Positions 1-12,000 of a DNA stretch of 64,000 bases are shown here, piece after piece. The stretch spans positions 62,001-126,000 of the forward strand of contig NIVC01000505.1 of the NCBI GenBank assembly GCA_002269645.1. Direction: 5' to 3'. The notes beneath the pieces are model-generated. The model made no database searches, had not been told where the DNA came from, and worked only from the letters and a program-made list of their open reading frames with translations. A program made the translations under genes and the position numbers. The first letter of the stretch is position 1. The number at the start of each line of letters is the position of its first letter. The stretch comes from Macrostomum lignano (taxonomy: Eukaryota).

Positions 1-730
1 CGTCTTATAGTGTGAGTATGCATATAAATCTATAGTAGCAAATATATATGCATACTGTATTATTAATTCATCATCATAAAAACTCCTCTATAGTATATAG
101 TACGCCTGCGACTTTAAAAAAACACCCTTTATCTATCTTGACTCTCTTAGTAATTAAGTAAGCCCTGCATGAGTTCTCATCCACTGTGTCCTCAGCGTCA
201 CCCCTCATCATAAAGCCTGGCACATCGCGTTTCCTGTCGTCTATATAGTGCTGCTAGTGACTGCTAATAGTTTGGATTGCAACTGACTGGGTTAATAGAG
301 CAAGGCATTGAGTAGAGAGCTGTGATTGCACTGTGTCATTGCTGCACAGATTTCTGGTGTTGACCTCGGCTGAACGAATGACTCAACGATATCCAAACCA
401 ACAGGGCTTTGTCTGATACCAGTAATTTTGCGATTTGTCAGAGATTTAATTGTTGTTCTGATGCTTACTTTTTTAATTCTCTTTGTTTGTCTCCCTAATC
501 ACTGGGGAAATGGGCGTCTGATTGTCTCTGTCTGTTAGGCTTTTAGTGAAATATATAACCATTCATGCATGCAACAAACAAAGCATTTGAATTTTTTAAA
601 TCAATCTCACTTTTTTAAAAAGCAGCTCGCTTTTTTATGTGCTTTCTCTTAGACACTGGGGTTCTATTGATATCTGTCTATTTTGTCTACTAAGTCAATC
701 TACTGCAGGGGTCCTCCGGCCCGCTTACGG

Positions 731-920
731 TTAGGGTCTTCTCTCTAATCTCCTGTCCTCTCTCATCTCCCCTCCCCCTTCTCTTCTCTCTTTGCTCCTC
801 TCCCCTCCAGCCTCTCTCCCTTCCTCTCTCCTCTCCTCTCTCATCTTGCCTATCTCCTCTTCTTTCTTCCCTCCTCTCTCGTCTCTTTTCTCCCCTTTTC
901 TCTCTATCGCTCTGGCCAAC
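731..920. repeat. CT-rich low-complexity tract
   Basis: Near-pure C/T sequence; ORFs 731..919 and 792..980 are compositional artefacts. Confidence 0.8.
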
Positions 921-977
921 TGTTTTTCGACAGCTTCTATATTTAGCCCTTTAGTTAATTTTTCCCGATCCCCCCCC

Positions 978-1900
978 TAATCTACTGTCTACTTCTCCTG
1001 TCTACTAAGTCAATAATCTACTGTCCACCTCTCCTGTCTACTAAGACAATAATCTACTGTCTGCTCTCCTGTCTACTAGTCAATAATCTACTGTCCACCT
1101 CTCCTGTCTACTAAGTCAATAATCTACTGTCTACCTCTCCTGTCTACTAAGTCAATAATCTACTGTCCACCTCTCCTGTCTACTAAGACAATAATCTACT
1201 GTCTGCCTCTCCTTTCTACTAAGTCAGTAATCTACTGTCTACCTCTCCTGTCTACTAAGTCAATTATCTTCTGTCTGCTCTCCTGTCTACTAGTCAATAA
1301 TCTACTGTCTGCCTCTCCTGTCTACTAAGTCAATAATCTACTGTCTACCTCTCCTGTCTACTAAGTCAATAATCTACTGTCTACCTCTCCTTTCTTACGC
1401 CAATAATCTACTGTCTGCCTCTACTGTCTAGTATGCCAATAATCTACTGTCTGCCTTTCCTGTCTACTAAGTCAATAATCTACTGTCTACCTCTCCTTTC
1501 TTACGCCAATAATCTACTGTCTGCCTCTACTGTCTAGTATGCCAATAATCTACTGTCTACCTCTCCTGTCTACTAAGTCAATAATCTACTGTCTACCTCT
1601 CCTGTCTACTAAGTCAATAATCTACTGTCTACCTCTCCTGTCTACTAAGTCAATAATCTACTGTCTGCCTCTCCTTTCTTATGCCAATAATCTGCTGTCT
1701 GCCTCTACTGTCTACTATGCCAATAATCTACTGTCTACCTCTCCGACTCTCCTGTCTACTAAGTACATCTAGTGTCTACCTCTCCTGTCTACTAAGTACA
1801 TCTAGTGTCTACCTCTCCTGTCTACTAAGTACATCTAGTGTCTACCTCTCCTGTCTACTAAGTCAATCCACTGTCTACCTCTCCTATCTACTAAGTCTGC
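978..1900. repeat. ~36-bp minisatellite (TCTACTAAGTCAATAATCTACTGTCTACCTCTCCTG), shifting to a ~33-bp variant at the 3' end
   Basis: Tandem copies read directly; 12-aa periodicity (LLSTKSIIYCLP) in ORF 1539..1772. Confidence 0.92.
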
Positions 1901-2864
1901 CCTAGTTCAATCTTCAGTGTAACCTTATAATTTATTTCTATACTTCCTCTTCAGTCGGGCGGGCACCTTACAAAATAGTTCCTTTTGCACTCATTTTCCT
2001 AACATTTAGCCAGCCAGCCAAGTCACTGGTTTGGTTGTAAATCATTATTTTTCCTCGGAAAAACAGTCACAATAATAGGTCTTTGTTTGCCATAATTTCC
2101 TCATCTAACTGACGCCTGCGTCTGACTGAGTCTCACTGCCTTCTTGTTTTTTTCCGGGTTTTTTAATCTCCAGCTTTGTTGCTCAATGCCTGTAGCTTTC
2201 ATATTTATTATTTTACCAGCTAGAGCTTGAAATTTGTTTGCATTTTCTGTGTGTTCATGAAATACCGCTTTGACAGTGTGCTTTTTTATTATTGACTACT
2301 GTTTTACCTGAGCAGTTGGCTTTGTCTATTTAGCATTAATGATGGAGCTTTTGTATCGCAATGGAAGATAGAATTTTTTAAAATCACGTTAATGAACTTT
2401 GACATTTTTTACCACTTTATTTAGCCTTTGGGATTTGAACATAATCAAATTAGCTCACAAGGTTTAGACAAAGAGAATTTTCTGCTGCTTCTCTCAATGC
2501 CTTCAGGCTGTTTTTCGTTCACTGCGTGTGGTGTGGTTTTGTAGAGGAAATGAAAATGTAGAGGATTGAAGCCTGGGATCTGGCTTGGAGGCGGCAGCTT
2601 TACACAAGTGGTGTAGGCCTGCCTATCCTGTCTATCCATTCGAGTATTTGACAAGATCTTCGAACTGGGGTGGGAACTGGGATGCTGGATTAGTCGGGAC
2701 TTAAAATGCTCGGGGTGGGATATTATTATAAACACTTATTTAAATCCTCTGTGTGCCGGGTGACAGTTTCAGACTGGCTTAACTGATCTGCTAGAAGTAA
2801 ATAGACAGACAGGCTTTGTTTGGTGCACTGCCAGATCCATGTACAGACTAAGACAGGCAAATGA

Positions 2865-3480
2865 TAATACAGACTGACACTGGGACACTGGGACAGTTAC
2901 TAAGACAGACAATAAGACACTGAGACAGACACTGCGATAGACACTGAGACAGACACTGCGACAGACACTGCGACAGACACTGCGAACAGACACTGACACC
3001 AGCACTAAGACAGACACTGAGACAGACACTGCGACAGACACTGAGACAGACACTGAGACAGACACTGCGACAGACACTAAGACAGAGACTAAGGCAGACA
3101 ATGTGACAGACACTAACAAAAACACTAAGACAGACACAAAGACACACTAAGACACATAATGAGACGGACAACAAGACAGACACTGAGACAGACACTAAGA
3201 CAGAGACTAAGGCAGACAATGTGAGAGACACTAACAAAAACACTAAGACAGACACAGAGACACACTAAGAAAGATAATGAGACGGACAATAAGACGGACA
3301 CTGAAACAGACACTAAGACAGACACTGAGACAGACACTAAGACAGAGACTAAGGCAGACAATGCGACAGACACTAACAAAAACACTAAGACAGACACAGA
3401 CACACTAAGACAGATAATGAGACGGACAATAATACAGACACCAAGGCACAAGACGGACAGACTCTGAGACATACAGACAG
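2865..3480. repeat. Degenerate GACAGACACT-type tandem repeat
   Basis: Repeated gacagacact(g/a)(a/c) units with larger duplicated blocks. Confidence 0.85.
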
Positions 3481-4144
3481 ATGCACTAAATTTTCTTATC
3501 TAAGGATAATGTTAAGGTTATGATATTGAATAGAACTGATTAAGATAACTGGCCCTATGGCATGACTAGCTCGTGAAACCTGGGTACATGTTAAGCTTCC
3601 CAACTAAGACTTCTCCAATTCTCAATCAGACTGTCCACCCTTACCCTTCCCTTGGTTCCTTCGGTCGGCGGTGGACACCTGATCTCGCCCCCAACCCCCT
3701 CTAGCCAAGCCAGCTAATTTGATGCATTATTCGCAATCATTCGGCCAGAGGCAAAACCTATATGAATAGTATGATTAATATTATTTGCAATTTGAACACC
3801 CGGGCTTATTCAAGCGTAGATATTATTTGAGGAAATCTTCCCACCCTACCTAAAACCATGCAAGTCTTTGTTCGCATTCTCCCTTGGTTATTGTTGACCT
3901 AGTCAGCTGTCAGCGACGGCGCAGGGCAAACCTTACACTTGACTGACCATAAATTATAATTCCGGAAAAAAGGATTACGCAATCGTTCCTCACCTGTCAT
4001 CCCTTAGCTCTGAATGCGTTGCAGTTTAAACTCTGCGGATTGTGGTCAAACAAAGGGGACAAATTCTGAGTTCTATTTCTTCGAAGGTCTGGACGAAGTT
4101 TTGTTGATAAGAACCTTAGGTCATTAGATTATGAATAGGCGTCC

Positions 4145-4457
4145 GTGATGTGTGATGTGTCTAGCTTGTTCTGTGTCTAGTTTGTGGTGTGTCTAGTTTG
4201 TGATGTGTTTGGTTTGTGATGTGTTTGGTTTGTGATGTGTCTAGTTTATGATGTGTCTAGTTTGTGACGTGTCTGGTTTGTGATGTGTCTGGTTTGTGAT
4301 GTGTCTAGTTTATGATGTGTCTAGTTTGTGATGTGTCTGGTTTGTGATGTGTCTAGTTTGTGATGTGTCTGGTTTGTGATGTGTCTGATTTGTGATGTGT
4401 CTGGTTTGTGATGTGTCTGGTTTGTGATGTGTCTGGTTTGTGATGTGTCTGGTTTGT
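4145..4457. repeat. 16-bp minisatellite TTTGTGATGTGTCT(G/A)G
   Basis: About 19 tandem copies visible. Confidence 0.92.
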
Positions 4458-7400
4458 GGAAGTTACTTGCCTCTTATTTCAACTACATTACAGCACTGAA
4501 AGTAAAGTGTCCTGCCCTGTACAATTAAGACAAAAGAACAGCTTTTTCCTTTTTTTTTCTTTGCCTGCAAAACCTTTTGTCCTTCATTTTTGTGTTTTTT
4601 TTTCAGTTTAGTGCTTGCGTTTGTTGGGGCCTGCAGTTTTGTTCTGCGGCATTTTCTTGCCTTGTTTTTCAATTTTTGCATTTTCCTCTGCCATTCTACG
4701 AGTATTTTAGTGCACACAGGGACTGCGTGTGCTTGCTTTGACTTCAGTCAAATTCAGGCCCCTAAGTGTTTTTCAGAACTCTCCACCTCTTTCATCATTC
4801 AAAGCTTTTTTTAAAGAAACCTAAATTTTACCACATGAAATCTCGTTTCTTCCGCTTTTCCATACATATCGGTGGGCAATTTATTTATCTCCCTCCCTCG
4901 CCCTCTCGCCCTCACCCTTTCACATTCCCTCTCACTTAATCTTACTTTCTGAGGCAAAACCATCCCACTTACTCTTGTCAACAAAGAGTGCACCACATCT
5001 ATTTGACTTTAAACACTCCGAGTTCTGTCTGCTTTCTGTGTGTGTTTTCTTTTCCTATTTCAAATCTTTCACATCTTCAGGTGCCTTTTTTCTTGCTTAA
5101 AAAAAGCTCACCAGCCCAAATGTTTTAGTCCAATCTAGAAATTCGACACCCTACCATCAAGTTTTGCAGCATATTTGCGTCAATTCACTAAGATTGACAC
5201 AGCAGTGCGAAATGAAAAAAGGCATTTAAGTACAGCTGTTCGCGTTTATTTAGGCAGGTCTTTTTTGGATTTCTTTTTGAAGAAGAAAAACGCACACTCA
5301 GTACCCGTGTTGGCCACCACACTGTAGAGCACTCAACAGAATAAATAAATGAAATTAAATAAAAGAAGACCAGAAAAGATTTCTCACCTGCTTCTTTTCA
5401 GTTGTAAATCTGTACTTTGTTGAGTTTAGTTCAGAGTTTGTCTTTTATTTATCTGCCAGCTCAGCTATATAGATAGGCATAATAAATTAGACATTAGGCA
5501 TATGCAATTTACTCGGAGGCGTCTTATTATGTAAATACACTGGGGGAGAGATTCCATTTTTTCTGTTCCATGCCCCCATCTTTCTCACACCTTTTAACCC
5601 TTCCGGCGCTTCTACTTTATTCAAGATTAGACAGAGAGACAGAGAGAAAATTGCATTGTTAATTTGGGAGCCGAATAGCGATATAAAACTTTATAGTGTG
5701 CATAATGTAAACGATTAATATGCATATGCTGAATTTTACTGTCTTTAGTAATTCACTAACTTATTGGAACTCGCTAGGGCATTTTGAATTCGTTTTGTTT
5801 GAAGTTTTATTACGTCCCACAGATAGTGTACATGTTTGACGATTAGAAATTCAAGTGCCACCGAAGGGTTTGTGACAAACAACCATTTCTGTGAAGGTAA
5901 AGCCTAGAGTCTGACAAATTGGGAGTTATGTGAATAGTTATATTGCTCGGCTCCCAAATCGCTTTGAATATGCATTTATGAATAGACAATAATAATACAA
6001 GGTGAGGAGAGGGGGGAATTGACAAAATACTAAGGAAGACTCCCCGTCGCATTCACGCACAGCTCTGTATGCGCAGCTGTGTTAAAGACAAGAGAGAAGC
6101 GGCCTCTTAAGAACACTTGAGTTAACAGTGTCTCACAGACATTTCTGTTGTGAGTCGGTCAAGTTCAGAAGCGAAGCCGGGGGGGGGGCAATAAAAGCTA
6201 CAGTACCATGGGTAGAAAAGAGAATGAATATTTTTCTAAAACCCGGCACCTTTGATTATAGTTTTTTTTCTCTTCCCCAAAGTGTAAATATGACCGTTTT
6301 CTGTATTCTCTTTTTACGTGCCGATTTATATCTATCTATACACACACGGATTCTGTTATCTATAATTATGCGTGCCTATATTGTAGTATAGAATATGCGG
6401 TAGGTAAGGCGGATTGGTTAATTCTACTTAATTTATTTGCTTGGATATTTCTTTTTTTCAAGTCTATTATAGATTTTGAATACAATTTCAATTTAAAAGT
6501 AGCTCCATGCCACCACGGCCCCCGGGTTCTTTGAAGCTTTCGTCGAAAATTTGCGCACCTCAGGTTCAGTGAGGGGTCTGGGAAACGGTCGTGACTGCTT
6601 GCGTCCTTGCTTAGATACGGGCGGGTCGACTGCTGTAAGGACTAATAACTAAAGACATTTAGGCTAGTGGGGTATGTAGGGGTATGTAGCCTTATAAAAT
6701 AGCATATTTTCCTAATGCTGCTTGATCCAGAAGCTATATTTATTCATCGTTGTTTTCATACTTTAAACGAAACATGATAGAATGCTAATATTTTTTATTC
6801 GTATTGGGGCAATCATTATAGGTGAAGGAACAGGAAACTGGATTGGCTGTGTCCGTCTGTGTGTGTATGTGCTTTCCTTGCCAAAATTAATTAAATAAAA
6901 TCGCCTCTTACTGGGATATAGAAGATTGGCTGAAATACTAGCTAGCTAGTTAGTTAGTTAAACTTTCACTTTTCCGCTTTTCTTTACCCCATCCGATAAA
7001 AAAACGTCGGTGCTAGACGTCGAGTTATATTTCCCTAAGGAGATTAATTTATTTGAGCTCTCACTGGAGCGGCAGAAAGCGGGGTCCCTGGATTAAAGCT
7101 GCCGTAAGTCTGAGACGAATTCTCCTTTCATCTTCCCTCACCGTTTCTTCCGAGGTCTCAAGGCTGAGAACTCTCAAGGGAAGATGGTTGGCTTGAGTAA
7201 AGTGTATCAAGTTAAGTTGTGTTATGCATAGTAAGCAGCTCGGAGCTGGCGCCATTTCGGGGGGTTACGTATTAGACAGTCGATTCCTGCTTCGGGCTAT
7301 GGCTGCTTCGGGGCAGGCAGGAAAAAAGTGACTGGGTCTAAAAGTGGTGCATAGGCGATAATTGAATTTTTCGAACTAGGACCTACTACTTACACTACTA

Positions 7401-7755
7401 CCTAGTGCATTATTATATTATTATGGTTCCTGATATACGAGTATGTATACGTGTCTTAGCTCATTTTTCCCTCCTCGCGTCTTCTCCCTTCACTAGCGAG
7501 TGAGGTCCTGCTTCAGTTAGTATATATAGATGGATGGATAGATAGAAAGCGACCTCTTGTCTGTTCCTTGCTAGGCCAAGCGGGTTGGTAAGAGGAGAGA
7601 GAGAGAGATTAAAAACGGATAGTCGGGATAGAAGGAGAATGCCGCTTGTCCCGGCGCTGCGTTTAGGGCGATGACTCATCGTTAGGCGTCACGTCTCTCT
7701 CCCCTCTCTCTCTCTCTCTCCCTTCCCCCTTTCCCGCCTTCCCCGTTCTGTCTGG

Positions 7756-7840
7756 CCGCGGACCCCGGGATTATAAGCAACTTATAACAACTTATAAGCA
7801 ATTATAAGCAATAAGTTGCTTATAATCCCGGGGTCCGCGG
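7756..7840. mobile_element. 85-bp hairpin MITE-like element
   Basis: Perfect 29-bp terminal inverted repeats (CCGCGGACCCCGGGATTATAAGCAACTTA ... TAAGTTGCTTATAATCCCGGGGTCCGCGG), flanked by direct repeat TCTGG (7751-7755, 7841-7845; extendable to 7-bp GTCTGGC). Confidence 0.7.
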
Positions 7841-8831
7841 TCTGGCTCTGTTGGCGGTCTTCTCTTAAAAATATATTCTTCAACCCCAACCCCAAGAGTG
7901 TCGTCAAATTAAGTCCTATCTTACAGTCTATAATCTATATTATTGTATTAGATACATTTGTTTCATTTTCTTTTCTGCTTAGTTTTACTATATATATTTA
8001 ATATGCGCAGTTTAGAATTAGGAAAACAAAATAAGATACACGATTTTTCTGGCGTGCGGTGCATTTGATGCTCAGATATCCGTTCGAACTCTCAGCCAAT
8101 CGATCAAACGGTCCAGTGCAGTTTAAAGAAAACTCCAAGACGTTTGAAAAACCAGATGGAACCAACCGGGAGGCCTAAGAATGCGACATTAGTTTAGTAC
8201 TTTTTTGAGAAATCAGTGCGTTACACTTAGTTGCCTGATTCAGAAATCTGGAGTGTGTTGTGTGCATGCGTGCTTCCAACCAATTGGCTCCCATTGGATT
8301 GCAGGGTTACCTTAGGAGTAGCCCCAGCCTCGTATCAAAATAGGTTGGCCTAAAGAAGGTCCTCGGCTCTCCCCCTCTGTCCATCTGGACGCCTCCTGTC
8401 CCTACGAAGGCCCACTTTCACCGCCAACCTCCCTCCCTGAACGTTTTCTTCACCGTTCCTTCTCCTCAAGCAGCCCGCTCTCTCCTCGCTCAGTCAGTCA
8501 GCGTCAAAAGCTTACGTTGGATTTCGTTCAGTTCAGCGTCTCACGGGATGTGATTAATCCCCTCCCCACGCCTCCTCCCCTTGCTCTCTCCTTTCCCCTC
8601 TTCTCCGTTCTCCTCTCTCCTCTGTCCTCGCGTGCCTTACAGCCAACCCTCTAAGGCCTCGTCCCCGTTTTCCCCAGAGTCAGCCCGACAGTTCGCCCGC
8701 CCCATTTTGCCGCTGCTCTGTCTGTCCCATTTAATAACCTAATCTTTCTCTGTTCCTCTCTCTCTCTCTCTCGGCTCCATCTGCGCTCCTGCCGAGAGAC
8801 AAAAAACGCAGAAAAAAGCGCTAACCTGTTA

Positions 8832-8849
8832 TTACTAATTTCTCTTCAG
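8832..8849 (+). promoter_or_regulatory. Candidate 3' splice acceptor upstream of the Robo ATG (5'-UTR intron or SL trans-splice site)
   Basis: TTACTAATTTCTCTTCAG: branch-point-like CTAAT, pyrimidine tract and CAG, 151 nt before ATG 9001. Confidence 0.45.
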
Positions 8850-9000
8850 ATTCTCTCTGGTCGGTTGGTTGCAAAATCCAAAGAATCTGACATGTTCAAC
8901 AGCATCGATTTTGACTGATCTAGCGTCTTCAAAACTATCCGACAATAATACATTGATTGCGAGTCGAGTCGACAAAGGATAAAAAGAGGAAAGCAATATA

Positions 9001-12000
9001 ATGTCATTTATTGCGCTAATCGCCCTGTCCCATATGGTGATCGCTTCCGTATTGGCCGCATCTGGTAACGACCCGGTCATCACAAATCCGCCCACCGCCA
9101 TGTCGGCATTGCGCGGCACTTCTCTGTCCTTGACTTGTACCGCTGTTGGAGATCCGAAACCGCGTATTACGTGGTACAATGCTACGAGTGGTCGTCAGGT
9201 TGGTGTATGATATTGCCTTGCTTTGAGAACTGCATTCATGTCATGTCAACGCTTCCCATTAACATATCTGTAGGTTCAATATGCCATATGAAAGCTTCAA
9301 ATACATTTACCATCTGGAAGCTTAAAATATCATCTAGAAGCTTCGCATATCATCTGGAAGCTTCACATATCATCTGTAAGCTTCACATATCATCTAGAAG
9401 CTTCACATATCATCTGGAAGCTTCACATATCATCTTAGAAGCTTCGCATATCATCTGGAAGCTTCGCATATCATCTGGAAGCTTCACTTATCCTCTGGAA
9501 GCTTCACATATCATCTGGAAGCTTCAGATATCATCTGGAAGCTTCACATCACCTGGAAGCTTCACATATCATCTGGAAGCTTCGCATATCATCTGGAAGC
9601 TTCGCATATCTCCTAAAAGCACTAAATATCTTATGCAAGTTTGATACATCCTTCAAACAATGATTTAACCACATCAATGAACTATATTAAACCTACCCCT
9701 AAACTGACAGGTACACTCAATGTCAGACGACCCAGTTCACAGCATGATCCACCTAGACAGCTCCGGTAAGCTGACCTTCCTATCATTCGAAGCCAAATTC
9801 GAGGGTCGCTACTATTGCAACGCCAGCAACGAGCACGGTTCGACTGTTAGCGACCCAGTCTGGGCTAGGATTGCTTACCTAAACGACAAGTTCCGCTCGG
9901 AGCCGCAGAGTAAATCGGTACCAACAGGTTCTACCATAGAGATTGAATGCGACCCACCAGATGGCCAGCCTAGGCCGGAAGTGTCCTGGCGTAAAAACGG
10001 CCAATCAATAGTACCTGAGGACGGTCGCATAGTTGTTATGGACAATGGCCATTTGCGCATAATGCGAGCCGGTCCATCCGACGCCGGCGAGTACGCTTGT
10101 CGAGCTATAAATATCGCCGGCGACCAGCTCTCAGCGTCCGCCATCATCAGCGTCAAGTCTAAGCCGGTATTCCGCGTAGCCCCATCCGATTTAGACAGAA
10201 TGCAAGGCGAGAATGCTACGTTTAACTGCGCCGCTGTTGGCGATCCGGCGCCTACGCTCAACTGGCGCAAAGACAATGGACAAATAGTAAAGTCGCGCTC
10301 GTTTTCCCATAGCAACGGTTCGTTAACCGTGTTTAATCTGGCCCCAACAGACGCTGGCAAGTACATCTGCGAAGCGTCGAACAGTGCCGGAACTAACGAA
10401 GCCTTAGCCACTTTAACCGTTCGTTTTAAGCCGGAATTTCGCGAAACACCGGTCGACCAAGTTGCCGTAGAAGGCGACCGAGTAGTATTTCGTTGTCGAG
10501 TAGTCGGTAATCCAAAGCCGAATATATTCTGGTCGCAGGATAAAGGTATGTACATCTTTCCCAATAATGCGCCAAACGATGACGAGAAACTTCGCGGAGT
10601 CAACGTTACAACGGACGGATCTTTAGTGATCGATCCAGTTAGGCCTATTCACCAGGGCAAGTACGAGTGCCATGCTAATAGCTACGCTGGCAGTGTGCAA
10701 TCCTCTGCCACGTTAACCGTGACAGCCAGAGCCGCTCTCGCACCAATCATCTCTGTCGGGCCGCAGAGTCAGTCAGTGACGCGTGGCCAAGATCTCCAAT
10801 TGAATTGCGAACTTGATCTTGAATACCAGCGCGCTCACGCCAGATTTAATCCGCAAACCATCTGGTACAAGGATAGCGTGCCCATCCGGAAAACAAATCG
10901 ATTCCATGTTAACTATGACGGCTCGTTGAAAATCTACGAATTGCAACCGTCCGATCGGGGTAATTACACCTGCGCTATTAAAGTTGGCGGCAAGGTGACC
11001 ACTTGGCCAACTCCGGCTATTATCGACGTGGTTAATTATCAGGCATCGCCGGACGGTATGAATCGTCGCAGGCCAGACGTTAGCGACCTGCCGCGGCCGC
11101 CTCGGTCCATTGCTGTCACTGATAAAGGAGCAGATTGGGTATTGTTAAAGGTGACGCCTAGAAGTTCGCCGGCTGTGCCCGGTAGCGAACTGGTTCGCTA
11201 TCAAGTTGAATATCTGTCGCACGATCTTGGCACTGGATGGCAGTTGTATCCGCATCTATTCGAATCCGAGACGCTGAAAGTAGACGGTCTGCGCAGCCAG
11301 ACGTCTTATCAGTTCCTGGTGCGCACCGTCACCTCTAGGGGCGTTTCTAAGCCGTCGACTTTGTCTCCGCCTGTGCACACGGAAGCCGAGACACCAACAG
11401 ATAAATTTGGCTATTCGGAAATACCGCAACACCTGCAAAACATGGGTTACAGAGATTTCCGGCTGCAAGTAATGAAAAAAGATGTTGTACGCGTGCTATG
11501 GAAAGTTCAGGCTAGGCAGAACACTTTAGAATTGACGCACGGATTTCACATCAACTACAGAGTGGTACCGCTGCACCGCTGTATCGACGATAATAAAGTC
11601 TTTCAACAGTACAAGAATAGCCATTGCTCGTTGAAGAATGAGCAGCGATTAAACTATCATTTGCGATCGCGATTGGATAGGCCAGATGCTAGAGCTAGTG
11701 GTGTTGATGCTTCGTCCTCTTCCGCAGCTGAAGCCAGCTCAGGCGGCGGCGGCGGTGAGCACAGTCCGAGCTACGCTCGACAACAGACTAAAACTATTAG
11801 TTGGCGTTATAATAAAAAAGCTGCAAGCGCTAACACGGTTTCCGCGACTTTGTCGGATTTGATGTCGTTCAGCTGCTACGAGGTTACGGTTGAGAATTTT
11901 AATAAGCAGGCTATGTACGGCGAAACTAGGGGCTCGCGATCGGAGCCGCACACCGTGCTCACCTGGGAATACTTCCCAACTAAGCCGCCTTCGAATATCA

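Noticed and set aside
4463-4996. Lys-rich minus-strand ORFs
   Set aside because: Short, explained by T-rich composition, with no recognisable motif or consistent splice structure.
9875-10603. 242-aa antisense ORF
   Set aside because: Shadow of the Robo coding strand with no independent domain signal.
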